A DNA stretch of 64,000 nt from Synechococcus sp. (GTDB lineage: Bacteria > Cyanobacteriota > Cyanobacteriia > PCC-6307 > Cyanobiaceae): the NCBI GenBank assembly GCA_047285305.1, contig JBJBDL010000003.1:192001-256000 (forward strand), written 5' to 3'. Position 1 is the first letter of the stretch. Each line of letters begins with the position of its first letter. Shown here piece after piece: positions 16,717-28,477 of this stretch. The translations under genes and the position numbers were made by a program. The notes under the pieces are model-generated. The model saw only the letters and a program-made list of their open reading frames with translations, searched no databases and was not told where the DNA came from.

Positions 16717-18822
16717 ATGGTGGCAACCGGAGTAGCGGCAAAGGACGACCAGGCCACCCGCGCCTTTCCACTGGCAGCGATTACGGGCCATGGCACGTTG
16801 AAGCTGGCCCTCCTGCTCGCGGCTGTGGACCCTGGGTTGGGCGGGGTGGTGATCGCAGGGGGGCGCGGCACCGGCAAATCAGTTTTGGCTCGGGGCCTGC
16901 ATGCCCTGCTTCCCCCGATCGACATCCTCGATGCCGAAGGGGGTGTAGGCCGCAATCTCGATCCCCAGAATCCTGAGGAATGGGACGACGCCTCCCGCGA
17001 GCGGATCACAGACGAAACACCCTCCACGGTGATTCCCGCCCCATTCGTGCAGATCCCCCTCGGCATCACCGAGGATCGGTTGGTGGGAGCTGTGGATGTC
17101 GCAGCCTCACTGTCCAGTGGCAGTGCCGTGTTCCAGCCAGGGCTGCTGGCGGATGCCCACCGCGGCGTGCTCTACGTCGATGAACTGAACCTCTTGGACG
17201 ACGGCATCGTCAACCTGATGCTGGCGGCCGTGGGCAGCGGCGAGAACCGGGTGGAGCGCGAGGGCCTCAGCCTTAGCCACCCCTGCCGGCCGCTGCTGAT
17301 CGCCACCTACAACCCGGAGGAGGGCAATGTTCGCGATCACCTGCTGGACCGTTTCGCCATCGCGCTCTCGGCCAACCAGCTGGTGAGCACGGAGCAGCGG
17401 GTGGAGATCACCAACGCAGTGATCAGCCATGGCCAATGCAGCCGCAGCTTTGCCGAGAAATGGAGCGAAGAAACCGATGCCTTGGCCACCCAGCTGCTGC
17501 TGGCTCGCCAGTGGCTTCCGGATGTTCAGATCAGCGGCGAACAGATCGAGTACCTGGTAACTGAGGCCATCCGCGGAGGCGTCGAAGGCCACCGCTCCGA
17601 GCTCTACGCCGTGCGGGTGGCCAAGGCCCATGCCGCCCTCAGCGGCCGCGATCAGGTGGAAGCTGACGACCTTCAAGTGGCCGTCGCCCTGGTGATCGCA
17701 CCGCGTGCCTCGCAGATGCCGCCACCGGACCAGCAGATGGAACCACCCCCACCGCAGGACCAGGAACCGCCGCCGCCCCAGGATCAGGGCGATCAACAAC
17801 AAGACAATCCACCCCCACCACCGGAGGGATCCGGCGAAGAGGACAACGATCCGCCGGAGGACAACAGCGACGACGACAACACCAACGACGACGAGGACGA
17901 CGGTGAGGAGGACCAAGCTCCACCTGCTGTGCCCGAAGAGTTCATGCTCGATCCCGAAGCGATCGAAGTTGACCCTGATCTGCTGCTGTTCAATGCCGCC
18001 AAAGCGAAAAGCGGTAATAGCGGCAGCCGTTCGGTGGTGCTCAGCGAAAGCCGCGGACGTTACGTGAAACCGATGCTGCCCCGAGGGCCGGTGCGCCGCA
18101 TCGCCGTCGACGCCACCCTGAGAGCAGCGGCGCCTTACCAGAAGATTCGCCGCGAACGGGAACCGGGCCGTTCTGTGATTGTGGAGGAGGGCGATCTGCG
18201 GGCCAAGTTGCTGCAACGCAAGGCCGGAGCCTTGGTGGTGTTCTTGGTGGATGCCAGCGGCTCAATGGCCTTGAACCGAATGCAGAGCGCCAAGGGCGCT
18301 GTGATCCGGCTGCTCACCGAAGCCTATGAAAACCGCGACGAAGTGGCCCTGATTCCCTTCCGCGGCGATCAGGCTGAGGTGCTGCTCCCGCCCACCCGCT
18401 CGATCACCGCGGCGCGGCGCCGGCTGGAATCGATGCCCTGCGGCGGCGGTTCCCCCCTGGCCCATGGCCTCACTCAGGCGGCCCGTGTCGGCGCCAATGC
18501 CCTGGCCACAGGCGATCTCGGCCAGGTGGTTGTGGTGGCCATCACTGACGGACGCGGCAACGTGCCCTTGAGCACCTCTCTCGGCCAACCCGAACTCGAC
18601 GGGGAAGAGAAGACCGATCTCAAGCAAGAGGTGCTGGATGTCGCCGCCCGCTACAGAGGGCTCGGGATCAAGCTGCTGGTGATCGACACCGAGCGCAAGT
18701 TCATCGGCAGCGGCATGGGCAAAGATCTCGCCGAGGCGGCTGGAGGCAAATATGTGCAGTTGCCAAAGGCCAGCGATCAAGCGATCGCGGCTGTGGCCAT
18801 GGACGCCATCAACGCCATCTAA
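16717..18822 (+). CDS. chlD: Magnesium chelatase subunit D
   Basis: AAA domain ([16 protein letters not shown]), Pro/acidic linker, vWA domain (DASGSM, ITDGRGN). Confidence 0.96.
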   Translation: MVATGVAAKDDQATRAFPLAAITGHGTLKLALLLAAVDPGLGGVVIAGGRGTGKSVLARGLHALLPPIDILDAEGGVGRNLDPQNPEEWDDASRERITDETPSTVIPAPFVQIPLGITEDRLVGAVDVAASLSSGSAVFQPGLLADAHRGVLYVDELNLLDDGIVNLMLAAVGSGENRVEREGLSLSHPCRPLLIATYNPEEGNVRDHLLDRFAIALSANQLVSTEQRVEITNAVISHGQCSRSFAEKWSEETDALATQLLLARQWLPDVQISGEQIEYLVTEAIRGGVEGHRSELYAVRVAKAHAALSGRDQVEADDLQVAVALVIAPRASQMPPPDQQMEPPPPQDQEPPPPQDQGDQQQDNPPPPPEGSGEEDNDPPEDNSDDDNTNDDEDDGEEDQAPPAVPEEFMLDPEAIEVDPDLLLFNAAKAKSGNSGSRSVVLSESRGRYVKPMLPRGPVRRIAVDATLRAAAPYQKIRREREPGRSVIVEEGDLRAKLLQRKAGALVVFLVDASGSMALNRMQSAKGAVIRLLTEAYENRDEVALIPFRGDQAEVLLPPTRSITAARRRLESMPCGGGSPLAHGLTQAARVGANALATGDLGQVVVVAITDGRGNVPLSTSLGQPELDGEEKTDLKQEVLDVAARYRGLGIKLLVIDTERKFIGSGMGKDLAEAAGGKYVQLPKASDQAIAAVAMDAINAI

Positions 18823-18872
18823 TTGGCACGATATCGAGTTTTAATCACATCAATATCGACCACATATCGTGC

Positions 18873-19733
18873 CTATTGGGCAGTTTGCGCCGGATAGATT
18901 TCTCCTAACAATTCACCCAGGCCGATGGTGAGACTACGTACGCCCTTCATGAACTCAGGATCACTTGTGAGCCGAGCCAAATCACCTCCCACAGCATTGA
19001 TCTTGGCGGAGAGCTCCGCGGCATTAGCGACCGTTTGCTGGAGTTCACTCAGCGTCTGGGGATTGTCGAGGGAGGCCACGATGTTGTTCATATGAGCCGT
19101 CGCCGTCTCCAGATTGCGAATCACAGGAGCGGCCTTTGTCAGATCTTCCTGCAGTTGCAGCGTCAGAGCCTCGAATTTCTTCGTGGTGGTATTAATCAGC
19201 TCAAGGGAGGCAGCCATATTGGGGATCACCCTTTCTTCCTGCACCTGTGCCAGCAGCTCCTGCATGGTTGCAGTCACGGTGGAAAGGCTGGGGACCTCTT
19301 GCCCCACAACGTTTCCACCGCTGCAGAGTTGTCGTGTTGGCTGACAGCCAGACGCTTGAGGGAGCGGTGCATCCTGCGGAAGCGGGGTTCCGCGGCTGAC
19401 CAGTGCCACCTGTGCATCCCCACCCAGCAAAGAACCAGCCCCCACCGTGGCGGTCACAGGCAGAGACAAGCGCAGGTCTCCCTTGTTGATCTCAAGCTCA
19501 GCCACTACCGCCTCAGGTGTGACCGCAATCGAGCGCACGGAACCCACCATTATTCCCCGATAGGTAACAGGTGAACGCTCAGCCAGTCCTGCCGCATCAT
19601 TGAAACGAGCGGTCACCGTCCAGTGGCTGGACCCCAAACGAACACCTCGCAACCACAGAGTAGTTGAAGCAAATCCGACAATGCCACCGACCACTGCGAA
19701 TCCGACGATGGCATCACGAACGCTGCGTCGCAT
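18873..19733 (-). CDS. MlaD/MCE family substrate-binding protein
   Basis: N-terminal TM helix, F.DAAGL..RSPVTYRGI.VG, coiled C-terminus. Confidence 0.88.
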   Translation of the reverse strand: MRRSVRDAIVGFAVVGGIVGFASTTLWLRGVRLGSSHWTVTARFNDAAGLAERSPVTYRGIMVGSVRSIAVTPEAVVAELEINKGDLRLSLPVTATVGAGSLLGGDAQVALVSRGTPLPQDAPLPQASGCQPTRQLCSGGNVVGQEVPSLSTVTATMQELLAQVQEERVIPNMAASLELINTTTKKFEALTLQLQEDLTKAAPVIRNLETATAHMNNIVASLDNPQTLSELQQTVANAAELSAKINAVGGDLARLTSDPEFMKGVRSLTIGLGELLGEIYPAQTAQ

Positions 19734-19738
19734 AGTGG

Positions 19739-20524
19739 TCAGTGCTCCGCCGGTTGCATTGGTCCGCGCAGGCTACCCGTCCTGAACTGGACAACATAGG
19801 GGTTCTCTGTGGTGCGAAACGCATCCACCGAGCCTTCCCACTGGAACTGACCGTCGTAGAGCATCAGCACCCGTTCCGCCGTCCGTTCAATCGTGCTTCG
19901 CACGTGACTCACCACCACCGAACATCCCTGAGCAACGGTGGTGGTTTTGACGATTAAGTCCTCGATCCGCGTGCAAGCCACGGGATCAAGCCCTGCGGTG
20001 GGCTCGTCGTAGAGCAACAGGGGCATCGACTGATCCCCCCTTAGAGGGTCGTCAATCAGGGCACGGGCAAAGCTCACCCGCTTCTGCATGCCACCACTCA
20101 ATTCTCCGGCGTAGAGGTTGGCCACGTCGTACAGCCCTACAGCTTCAAGGCAGGCATGCACCCGATCGCGAATCTCCTTCCGAGTCAGCTGCGCCCGTTC
20201 GCGCAACAGGAAGCCGACGTTCTCCTCAACCGTGAGCGATGCCAACAGAGCGGGGTTCTGAAACACAAGCCGCACATCTGGCGGATCGGTCTGGTCCAAC
20301 CGCAAATAGGTCTGCAGTTTGTTGAACAAGCGCAGCTCACCACTGGTGGGCAACTGCAAACCAGCCAGCAGGCGCAACACCGTTGACTTGCCAGCCCCCG
20401 ATGGACCCACCACGGCCAAGCGTTCCCCCGCACGCAGGTTCAGGTTGACCCGATCAAGAACAGGCCGAGATCCCCACTGCATCGTGAGATCCCGCATCTC
20501 CACGACGGACTGAAGCTGCGGCAA
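19739..20524 (-). CDS. ABC transporter ATP-binding protein (MlaF-like)
   Basis: GPSGAGKS, LSGGMQKRVSFARA, YDEPTAGLDP. TTG start at 20524 is uncertain. Confidence 0.9.
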   Translation of the reverse strand: MPQLQSVVEMRDLTMQWGSRPVLDRVNLNLRAGERLAVVGPSGAGKSTVLRLLAGLQLPTSGELRLFNKLQTYLRLDQTDPPDVRLVFQNPALLASLTVEENVGFLLRERAQLTRKEIRDRVHACLEAVGLYDVANLYAGELSGGMQKRVSFARALIDDPLRGDQSMPLLLYDEPTAGLDPVACTRIEDLIVKTTTVAQGCSVVVSHVRSTIERTAERVLMLYDGQFQWEGSVDAFRTTENPYVVQFRTGSLRGPMQPAEH

Positions 20525-20607
20525 GGTCTTGGCCGAAAAACACCTACATCCTGCCGCCTTTACACAAGCTCCGTACAGTTCGGTGAACTTGCTCACCAGG
20601 CCGTTCC

Positions 20608-21999
20608 TTGGCGCTGAAGCCTCCTACAAGCAGACGCCAAGCCCGAACGATGCGCGATAAGAGGCGACGGGATCTGATGACCCGATCCCAAAGGGCTGTG
20701 CGCTGGTTGCAACCAGGCCTGGTGGTCAAACGCTGGCTGCTGACCTCTGGCCTGGGGCTGTTGATGGCGCTGCTGGGGGCCGCCGTCTGGGCCGATCTCA
20801 AACCTATCTACTGGATTCTGGAAACCCTCAGCTGGCTGCTGAGCACCCTCACCACCGTGTTACCCCGCGAGATCACCGGCCCACTGGTGGTGCTCATCGG
20901 CAGTGGCCTTTTGCTGTGGGGGCAGAGCCGCAGCTTCGGCTCGATTCAACAGGCTCTCGCCCCCGACAAGGACACCGTTCTGGTGGATGCCCTGCGAGCC
21001 AAAAGCCGCTTGAACCGGGGGCCAAACATCGTGGCCATTGGCGGCGGAACAGGCTTATCGACCCTGCTGAGCGGCCTGAAGCGTTACAGCAGCCACATCA
21101 CCGCCATTGTCACGGTCGCTGATGACGGCGGCAGCAGCGGGGTGCTCCGGCGTGAACTGGGGGTGCTGCCCCCAGGTGACATCCGCAACTGCCTGGCCGC
21201 CCTTTCCACCGAAGAGCCACTGCTCACCCGTCTATTCCAATACCGCTTTGCGGCTGGGAGCGGCCTGGAGGGGCACAGCTTTGGAAATTTGTTTCTCTCA
21301 GCCCTTTCGGCAATCACGGGCAATCTGGAAACAGCCATCACCGCATCAAGTCGTGTGCTGGCCGTGCAAGGTCAGGTAGTGCCCGCCACCAACGTGGATG
21401 TGCAACTTTGGGCCGAACTTGAAAACGGCCAACGGATCGAAGGCGAAAGCAACATCGGCCATGCCACCAGCCCCATCGTTCGCCTGGGCTGCAGTCCTGA
21501 ACGACCGCCGGCCCTGCCACGGGCACTCGAAGCGATCGCCAATGCCGACCTGATCGTGCTCGGACCGGGCAGCCTTTACACATCCCTGCTCCCCAATCTG
21601 CTGGTACCAGAACTGGTGGGAGCCATCAAACGCAGCAAGGCCCCCAGGCTCTACATCTGCAACCTGATGACGCAACCCGGCGAAACCGATGGCCTGGATG
21701 TGCGCGGTCACATCCGAGCGATCGAGGCACAGCTGGCCACTCTTGGCATTGAGCCCAGACTGTTCAATTCCGTCCTGGCCCAGGATGACCTGCCCGATTC
21801 GGATCTGGTGCGGTACTACCAAAGCCGTGGTGCCGATCCCGTGCGTTGCAATGCAGATGAACTGCGCTCAGACGGCTACGACGTCACCCAAGCACCTCTT
21901 CAGGGGATAAGGCCAACAGCAACATTGCGCCACGACTCCCGCAGCCTTGCCCTTGCGGTGATGCGTTTTTACCGAACCCATCGTCGAGAGCGCGATTAA
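20608..21999 (+). CDS. yvcK: YvcK/CofD-like gluconeogenesis factor
   Basis: [41 protein letters not shown]. Confidence 0.9.
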   Translation: MALKPPTSRRQARTMRDKRRRDLMTRSQRAVRWLQPGLVVKRWLLTSGLGLLMALLGAAVWADLKPIYWILETLSWLLSTLTTVLPREITGPLVVLIGSGLLLWGQSRSFGSIQQALAPDKDTVLVDALRAKSRLNRGPNIVAIGGGTGLSTLLSGLKRYSSHITAIVTVADDGGSSGVLRRELGVLPPGDIRNCLAALSTEEPLLTRLFQYRFAAGSGLEGHSFGNLFLSALSAITGNLETAITASSRVLAVQGQVVPATNVDVQLWAELENGQRIEGESNIGHATSPIVRLGCSPERPPALPRALEAIANADLIVLGPGSLYTSLLPNLLVPELVGAIKRSKAPRLYICNLMTQPGETDGLDVRGHIRAIEAQLATLGIEPRLFNSVLAQDDLPDSDLVRYYQSRGADPVRCNADELRSDGYDVTQAPLQGIRPTATLRHDSRSLALAVMRFYRTHRRERD

Positions 22000-22559
22000 T
22001 AGGCGTCCTGCATTTCATAGAAATCGGGCTGAACGTAATCCTTACGCAGCGGCCAACCTTTCCAGTCTTCCGGCATCAACAACCGTTTGGGATGCGGGTG
22101 CCCCTCAAATTGGATGCCGTACATGTCGAAGGTTTCACGCTCCTGCCAATCGGCGCCACGGAACAGGCCGTAGATCGAGGGGAGCGACGGGGTGCCCTCA
22201 CGGCTGAGGAACACTTTGATCCGCACTTCCCTCAGCTTGGCTGAAGGATTGGCCGCCATGGCCTCCACCTGTTCTGCCATCGCCAGCAGGTGGTAGAAGC
22301 AAACCAGCTGCTCACCGGGGCCTTCGTCGTAGCCCCCCTGACACTGGAGATAGTCGAAACCGTTGCTCTTGAGCGCCGCGGTAATCATCGGAAGCACGGC
22401 AGCTTCAACACCGATCTGCTCAACGCCGAGATGATCAGGCTCCAGGCTGTTGTGATCGAAGCCTTGTGTGTTCAGCCACTGGCTCACCGGCCCCGGCTCG
22501 GGAGCAACAACAGCACCGGCTTCATCGGAGGCAGTTTTCTTGGAGGGTGTTTCGCTCAT
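21996..22559 (-). CDS. ndhJ: NAD(P)H-quinone oxidoreductase subunit J
   Basis: [22 protein letters not shown]. Confidence 0.96.
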   Translation of the reverse strand: MSETPSKKTASDEAGAVVAPEPGPVSQWLNTQGFDHNSLEPDHLGVEQIGVEAAVLPMITAALKSNGFDYLQCQGGYDEGPGEQLVCFYHLLAMAEQVEAMAANPSAKLREVRIKVFLSREGTPSLPSIYGLFRGADWQERETFDMYGIQFEGHPHPKRLLMPEDWKGWPLRKDYVQPDFYEMQDAY

Positions 22560-23296
22560 GATTCGACTGGTTCGGCAGCAGGGGTGAGCACGGCGGCATC
22601 GGTGGCCAGGGTCTGGCCCGCCGGCGCTGCAGCCAGGGCAGCCTTCTGAGTTTCGGCTCGAAGGTAGGAGCCAGTCACGACAGGCTCAACACGCTTCATC
22701 TGATGGGAGACCGTCATGTAGCGGTGGGTCTGCTGATGCTTGCGCCTCTCCGCCAGCGACTCATCCCCCACTTTCTTACGCAGTTTGATCACAGCATCAA
22801 AGATCGCTTCGGGGCGGGGAGGACAGCCAGGCAGATAAAGATCTACCGGAATCAGCTTGTCGACACCGCGAACAGCGGTGGTGGAATCAGCGCTGAACAT
22901 GCCACCGGTGATGGTGCAGGCACCCATGGCGATCACGTACTTCGGCTCCGGCATCTGCTCATAAAGCCTCACCAAAGCCGGGGCCATCTTCATGGTGACC
23001 GTGCCGGCCACGATCAGAAGATCGGCCTGACGCGGGGAACTGCGGGGAACCAGACCGAAGCGATCAAAGTCGAAGCGGGAGCCCAGCAGCGCCGCAAACT
23101 CAATGAAGCAGCAGGCCGTTCCATATAGAAGCGGCCAGAGACTGCTCAAACGGGCCCAGTTGTGAAGGTCATCAAGACTGGTGAGGATGACGTTCTCGCT
23201 GAGGTCATTGGTGACCGTTGGAGCACCAATCGGAGCGCAACTGGCTTCGCGCAGATCGCGAGCTGCAGCAATGGAGGGGGATGTGTTCTCAGGCAT
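22556..23296 (-). CDS. ndhK: NAD(P)H-quinone oxidoreductase subunit K
   Basis: [31 protein letters not shown]. Confidence 0.97.
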   Translation of the reverse strand: MPENTSPSIAAARDLREASCAPIGAPTVTNDLSENVILTSLDDLHNWARLSSLWPLLYGTACCFIEFAALLGSRFDFDRFGLVPRSSPRQADLLIVAGTVTMKMAPALVRLYEQMPEPKYVIAMGACTITGGMFSADSTTAVRGVDKLIPVDLYLPGCPPRPEAIFDAVIKLRKKVGDESLAERRKHQQTHRYMTVSHQMKRVEPVVTGSYLRAETQKAALAAAPAGQTLATDAAVLTPAAEPVES

Positions 23297-23298
23297 GA

Positions 23299-23661
23299 CT
23301 AGCTCCACTCAAGGGCGCCTTTACGCCAGGCATAGGCCAAAGCCACCAGCAGGATTGCGATGAAGATCAGGGCCTCGATGAAGGCCAACAGGCCGAGGCG
23401 GTTGAACGCCACAGCCCAGGGATAAAGGAACACGGTCTCGACATCGAAGATGACGAAGACCAGCGCAAACATGTAATAGCGGATATTGAATTGAATCCAG
23501 GCCCCGCCAATGGGCTCCATGCCGGATTCATAGGTGAGCTGACGCTCACCGGCACGGCTTTTCGGCGCCACCAGTTTGTTGGTGATCAGAGCTAAAGCCG
23601 GTACGGCAGCAGCAATCAGCAGAAACCCCAGAAAGGCGTCGTAGCCGGGCAGGGCAAACAT
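23299..23661 (-). CDS. ndhC: NAD(P)H-quinone oxidoreductase subunit 3
   Basis: [29 protein letters not shown]. Confidence 0.97.
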   Translation of the reverse strand: MFALPGYDAFLGFLLIAAAVPALALITNKLVAPKSRAGERQLTYESGMEPIGGAWIQFNIRYYMFALVFVIFDVETVFLYPWAVAFNRLGLLAFIEALIFIAILLVALAYAWRKGALEWS

Positions 23662-23744
23662 GGAGGTACCCGTAGACCGGGTCAGTCTGGCATTCACCGC
23701 CTGGAGTTGTCGTCGATAGAGTCGATTAGCCCAGCAACACAGCG

Positions 23745-24143
23745 GTGAGCGACGAACAACAGTCCGTCCAGCCGGTCGAAACCACCGAAGCGCTGGAACC
23801 AGCGGTTGAAACCGCGCCGGAGAGCGACCCACGAACCCACCGTTTTGAATGTCGCAGCTGCGGCTACGTCTATGACCCCGATGAAGGGGTCAAGAAGGTT
23901 GGCATTGAACCTGGTACAGCGTTCGAGGATCTCGACGCGCTGGCTTTTCGCTGCCCCGTCTGCCGCAGCAAGGTGGCCGCCTTCCGCGACATCGGTCCAC
24001 GTGCCAAGGCCAGCGGTTTCGACGAGAACCTCGATTTCGGCCTTGGGGTCAATCGTATGACGCCCGGGCAGAAGAATGTTCTGATCTTCGGCAGCCTTGC
24101 CCTCGGCTTCGCCTTTTTCCTGTCCCTTTATTCCCTGCGCTGA
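23745..24143 (+). CDS. rubA: Membrane-anchored rubredoxin
   Basis: [10 protein letters not shown]...CPVC, C-terminal TM helix, located upstream of ycf48. Confidence 0.93.
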   Translation: MSDEQQSVQPVETTEALEPAVETAPESDPRTHRFECRSCGYVYDPDEGVKKVGIEPGTAFEDLDALAFRCPVCRSKVAAFRDIGPRAKASGFDENLDFGLGVNRMTPGQKNVLIFGSLALGFAFFLSLYSLR

Positions 24144-24152
24144 GGCCCACTG

Positions 24153-25154
24153 ATGAAACGTCTGTTGAACTCTTTTAGTCAGCTTTTGCTGGTGCTTGTA
24201 CTGGGGGTCAGCCTCAGCGGATGCGTCACCACCCACGTGCCCACGGCCACCACGAGCCCCTGGCAGGCCATGGATCTCGACACCCAGGCCAACCCGCTGG
24301 ATGTCGCTTTCACCGACAGCCGCCATGGCTACCTGGTGGGCAGCAACCGGATGATCCGGGAAACCAACGACGGGGGCGCCCATTGGAATGAACGCAGCCT
24401 GGATCTGCCCGATGAAGAGAACTTCCGTTTAATCAGCATCGACTTCAATGGCGATGAAGGCTGGATCGCCGGACAACCTGGGCTGCTACTGCACAGCGAT
24501 GACGGGGGCCAGAACTGGACACGCCTGTTCCTGGACACCAAATTGCCCGGCGAGCCCTACTTGATCACGGCTCTGGGAAGCCATTCCGCAGAACTTGCCA
24601 CCAATGTTGGTGCGATCTACGAGACCCACAACGACGGCGGCAGCTGGGAAGCCAAGGTGGCTGATGCCGCCGGCGCCGTCCGCGATCTGCGTCGCAGCAA
24701 GGACGGCAGCTACGTGAGCGTGAGTGGCCTTGGCAACTTTTACGCAACCTGGGAACCGGGTGATTCCGTCTGGCAGGTTCACCAGCGGGTGAGCAGCCAG
24801 AGGCTGCAAAGCATTGGCTTCCAGCCCGACGGCAACCTCTGGATGGTGGCTCGCGGCGCACAGATCCGCCTCAACGATGAGCCTGGCAATTTCGACAGCT
24901 GGAGCAAAGCCATCATTCCGATCACCAACGGCTACGGCTACATGGATCTGGCCTGGGATGACAATGGCTCCATCTGGGCTGGCGGCGGCAACGGCACCCT
25001 TCTGGTGAGCCGGGACGGCGGTGACAGCTGGGAGAACGACCCCGTCGGGGACCGTCAACCCAGCAACTTCACTCGCATGGTGTTCGACGGGGAGCACGCC
25101 TTTGTGCTGGGTGAACGGGGCAACCTGCTGCGCTGGGTGGGCAACGCTGTGTAA
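24153..25154 (+). CDS. ycf48: Photosystem II assembly factor Ycf48 (lipoprotein)
   Basis: Lipobox LSGC, BNR/Asp-box repeats (DGGxxW), located before psbE. Confidence 0.95.
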   Translation: MKRLLNSFSQLLLVLVLGVSLSGCVTTHVPTATTSPWQAMDLDTQANPLDVAFTDSRHGYLVGSNRMIRETNDGGAHWNERSLDLPDEENFRLISIDFNGDEGWIAGQPGLLLHSDDGGQNWTRLFLDTKLPGEPYLITALGSHSAELATNVGAIYETHNDGGSWEAKVADAAGAVRDLRRSKDGSYVSVSGLGNFYATWEPGDSVWQVHQRVSSQRLQSIGFQPDGNLWMVARGAQIRLNDEPGNFDSWSKAIIPITNGYGYMDLAWDDNGSIWAGGGNGTLLVSRDGGDSWENDPVGDRQPSNFTRMVFDGEHAFVLGERGNLLRWVGNAV

Positions 25155-25225
25155 CTGCGGCAACGCCTCAGCCCCACCTCACCTGAGCCACCTCCTAAGA
25201 TCGTCGTCCTGACACGCCCAACGCC

Positions 25226-25474
25226 ATGGCCGCCGGCTCAACAGGAGAACGTCCGTTCTTCGAAATCATCACGAGCATCCGTTACTGGGTGATCCACGCC
25301 GTGACACTGCCTTCCATCTTTTTGGCAGGCTTCCTGTTCGTGTCCACCGGCCTGGCCTATGACGCCTTCGGAACACCTCGCCCCGATGCCTACTTCCAGG
25401 CTTCAGAAAGTAAGGCCCCCGTGGTGAGCCAGCGGTATGAAGGCAAATCTGAACTCGACATCCGTCTGAAATAA
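25226..25474 (+). CDS. psbE: Cytochrome b559 alpha subunit
   Basis: [14 protein letters not shown]. Confidence 0.98.
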   Translation: MAAGSTGERPFFEIITSIRYWVIHAVTLPSIFLAGFLFVSTGLAYDAFGTPRPDAYFQASESKAPVVSQRYEGKSELDIRLK

Positions 25475-25477
25475 GCC

Positions 25478-25618
25478 ATGACTCAAGCCCCTCCCGTTGC
25501 CACCACGCCCCGCAACTATCCGATCTTCACGGTGCGCTGGCTTGCGTTGCACACCCTCGGCATCCCGACGGTGTTCTTCCTTGGCGCCCTCGCCGCGATG
25601 CAGTTCATCCGCCGCTGA
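25478..25618 (+). CDS. psbF: Cytochrome b559 beta subunit
   Basis: Translated by hand: [46 protein letters not shown]. Confidence 0.97.
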   Translation: MTQAPPVATTPRNYPIFTVRWLALHTLGIPTVFFLGALAAMQFIRR

Positions 25619-25626
25619 TCTGACTA

Positions 25627-25746
25627 ATGGAACGCAATCCCAACCCAAACAACCTTCCGGTTGAACTCAACCGCACCAGCCTCTACCTGGGTCTGCTGTT
25701 TGTCTTCGTGACCGGCGTGCTCATGTCCAGCTACTTCTTCAACTGA
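25627..25746 (+). CDS. psbL: Photosystem II protein L
   Basis: Translated by hand: [39 protein letters not shown]. Confidence 0.97.
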   Translation: MERNPNPNNLPVELNRTSLYLGLLFVFVTGVLMSSYFFN

Positions 25747-25756
25747 GGATTATTCG

Positions 25757-25957
25757 ATGAGCGGCAAAAAATCCCCATTCCCCGACGGACGTATTCCCGA
25801 TCGACTTCCTGACGGACGCCCTGCTGTTCCCTGGAAGTCACGCTGGACTGAGGGAGTTCTTCCCCTGTGGCTGGTGGCTACGGCGGGCGGAATGGCTGTT
25901 CTGTTTGTTGTGGGCCTCTTTTTTTACGGCTCCTACACCGGTGTTGGTTCCGCCTGA
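25757..25957 (+). CDS. psbJ: Photosystem II protein J
   Basis: [21 protein letters not shown]. Confidence 0.96.
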   Translation: MSGKKSPFPDGRIPDRLPDGRPAVPWKSRWTEGVLPLWLVATAGGMAVLFVVGLFFYGSYTGVGSA

Positions 25958-25978
25958 TCGTTTTCTACCAAAAAGATG

Positions 25979-26006
25979 AAAAGCCGGCCCTCAGGGTCGG
26001 TTTTTT
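25979..26006 (+). terminator. Rho-independent terminator after psbEFLJ (possibly bidirectional)
   Basis: aaaagccggccc-tca-gggtcggtttttt hairpin followed by a U-tract. Confidence 0.8.
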
Positions 26007-26051
26007 AGTGGTTAATTCAATCCGCCCAGACCTGAGCACAAACGTTGTGGT

Positions 26052-27074
26052 TCAAACCTCGAAATAGTCGCGGTACCAGCGGGCGAACTCATCCACCCCT
26101 CTCTCAATGGAGGTGGAGGGCTTGAAGCCCACCCACTGCTCCAAAGCAGAAGTGTCCGCGGCAGTCGCGACCACGTCACCGGGCTGCATCGGCTGAAAAT
26201 CCTTGGTCGCCTCTCGACCAAGAGCCTGTTCCATCACTTCGATGAAGCGCAAAAGCTCAGTGGGCTGGCTATTGCCAATGTTGAACACCCGATGCGGTGC
26301 TGCCGCCGTGGCAGGGTCAGGCTGAAGTGGATCAAACTCCAGATTTGAAGTGGCTGGCTTGTCACAGCAACGCAGCACCCCTTCAACGATGTCGTCGATG
26401 TATGTGAAATCCCGCTGCATTTTGCCATGGTTGAACACCTTGATCGGTTCACCCGCCAGGATGGCTCGCGCGAAGAGCATCGGGGCCATGTCGGGGCGAC
26501 CCCAGGGGCCATACACCGTGAAAAAACGCAGACCAGTCGCCGGCAAGCCATAGAGATGGCTGTAGGTGTGTGCCATCAGCTCATTGGCCTTCTTGCTGGC
26601 GGCGTAGAGGCTCACCGGATGGTTCACCGGCTGCTGCTCATGGAAAGGCAGATTGCGGTTTCCGCCATACACCGAACTGCTCGAGGCATAGACCAGGTTT
26701 TCGGTGCCGTGGTGGCGGCAACCTTCCAGCAGATGGCCAAAGCCCACAAGATTGCTCTGGATGTAAGCCGCCGGGTTCTCCAGCGAGTAACGAACCCCGG
26801 CCTGGGCAGCCAAGTTAACCACCACAGTCGGCTTCTCGATAGCGAACAACGCCATCAGGGCATCGCCGTCTTCCAAGGCCATTTCCAGAAAGCGCCAAGT
26901 ACCCTCCGGGGCGACCGCCTCGATCTGACGAAGCCTCGCTTGCTTCAAGGTTGGGTCGTAGTAGTCGTTCAGGTTGTCGAGGCCAACAACTCTGTCTCCC
27001 TGCTGAAGCAGGCGCCGACTCAAGGCAGCTCCGATGAAACCAGCAGCTCCGGTAACCAAGACGGTGCGTGCCAT
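26052..27074 (-). CDS. NAD-dependent epimerase (UDP-glucuronate 4-epimerase-like)
   Basis: TGAAGFIG, LAAQAGVRYS, YAASKK, FFTVYGPWGRPDM. Confidence 0.9.
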   Translation of the reverse strand: MARTVLVTGAAGFIGAALSRRLLQQGDRVVGLDNLNDYYDPTLKQARLRQIEAVAPEGTWRFLEMALEDGDALMALFAIEKPTVVVNLAAQAGVRYSLENPAAYIQSNLVGFGHLLEGCRHHGTENLVYASSSSVYGGNRNLPFHEQQPVNHPVSLYAASKKANELMAHTYSHLYGLPATGLRFFTVYGPWGRPDMAPMLFARAILAGEPIKVFNHGKMQRDFTYIDDIVEGVLRCCDKPATSNLEFDPLQPDPATAAAPHRVFNIGNSQPTELLRFIEVMEQALGREATKDFQPMQPGDVVATAADTSALEQWVGFKPSTSIERGVDEFARWYRDYFEV

Positions 27075-28477
27075 CAACCCTCACCGTCGCCAACGCGCCA
27101 TAGGCTGAGGCCAGCGGCTTTGATCTGGGCAGGATCGGCGACAGACCTGGCATCAAAGACCCAGGCCGGCTTGCGCATCCGACCTGCCAAAGAAATCCAA
27201 TTCAGATCGCGATAGTGCTGCCATTCGGTAAGCACCAAAACAGCATCAGCCCCCGCCACAGCATCTTCAATGCTGCAGGCCTTGGCCCAACTGCCGGTTC
27301 CACTGAGTGCATCGGTCTGGGGTGCCGCCTCCTGTTGAAGGTCACGGGCCATTTGTTGGGCCTCCACCTTGGGATCGTGAATGGCCAATTGGGCACCTTC
27401 CTCCAGCAGATCGCGGCAGATGCGAATCGCCGGCGCTTCGCGGGTGTCGTTGGTGTCGGCCTTGAACGCAAAACCAAGAATCGCCAGCCGCTTACCGGTC
27501 ACCGTGCCGAACAGCTTCTCCACCACCAATAGGGCAATGCGGTGCTGCTGCCAAGTGTTCAGAGCCACCACACTCTCCCAGTAATCCGCCACCTCCGGCA
27601 GGCCGAAATGCCTGCAGAGATACACCAGGTTGAGGATGTCTTTCTGGAAACAGCTGCCGCCGAACCCGGGGCCAGCATTGAGGAATTTCGGACCGATCCG
27701 ACTGTCGGTGCCAATCGCCCGGGCCACCTCGCGCACATCCGCCCCGCTGGCCTCGCAGAACGCCGCAATCGAGTTGATCGAGCTGATCCGCTGTGCAAGA
27801 AAGGCATTGGCGGTGAGCTTCGAGAGCTCGCTGCTCCAGAGGTTGGTGCGCAGAATCTGGTCCTGCGGAACCCAGTTGGCGTAGATCGCGGCGAGGGCAT
27901 CAATTGATGCCGGGTCATCACCACCGATCAACACCCGATCAGGGGACTCGAGATCGCGGATGGCCGTTCCTTCCGCCAGAAACTCAGGGTTGGAGAGCAC
28001 TGAAAAGGAGCGCTGATCGTCTCCATCACTGGCTGCTGCCAGGATGGTTTTGATTGCAGCTGCCGTTCGCACCGGCAGGGTGCTTTTCTCCACCACGATG
28101 GTGTGGCCGGTTGCTGCCTGGGCCACCTCACGGGCGCAGGCTTCCACCCAGCGCAGATCACTGGCCTGTCCAGCTCCCAATCCCTTGGTCTTGGTGGGTG
28201 TGTTCACCGAAATGAACACCATGTCTGCAGCGGCGATTGACGCCGATACATCGGTGGAAAAATGCAGGTTGCGGCCGCGCGCCCGTTCCACAACACGGTC
28301 CAGACCCGGCTCATACACCGGCAACTTGTTGAGGTCGGAATCATTCCAGGCATCGATGCGCGCTGGGTTGATGTCGACCACCTGCACTTGCACTTTCGGG
28401 CAGCGATCTGCGATCACTGCCATGGTCGGGCCGCCCACATAACCCGCACCGATGCAGCAGATCCGTTGAATGGTCAC
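27074..28477 (-). CDS. ugd: UDP-glucose 6-dehydrogenase
   Basis: [30 protein letters not shown]. Confidence 0.95.
   Translation of the reverse strand: MTIQRICCIGAGYVGGPTMAVIADRCPKVQVQVVDINPARIDAWNDSDLNKLPVYEPGLDRVVERARGRNLHFSTDVSASIAAADMVFISVNTPTKTKGLGAGQASDLRWVEACAREVAQAATGHTIVVEKSTLPVRTAAAIKTILAAASDGDDQRSFSVLSNPEFLAEGTAIRDLESPDRVLIGGDDPASIDALAAIYANWVPQDQILRTNLWSSELSKLTANAFLAQRISSINSIAAFCEASGADVREVARAIGTDSRIGPKFLNAGPGFGGSCFQKDILNLVYLCRHFGLPEVADYWESVVALNTWQQHRIALLVVEKLFGTVTGKRLAILGFAFKADTNDTREAPAIRICRDLLEEGAQLAIHDPKVEAQQMARDLQQEAAPQTDALSGTGSWAKACSIEDAVAGADAVLVLTEWQHYRDLNWISLAGRMRKPAWVFDARSVADPAQIKAAGLSLWRVGDGEG

Noticed and set aside
17715..17930. Low-complexity Pro/Gln/Asp/Glu repeat-like stretch
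   Set aside because: This is the normal acidic/proline linker of ChlD.
25780..25825. Short repeat ([14 protein letters not shown]) in the extended psbJ N-terminus
   Set aside because: Typical N-terminal extension of marine picocyanobacterial PsbJ, not a separate element.
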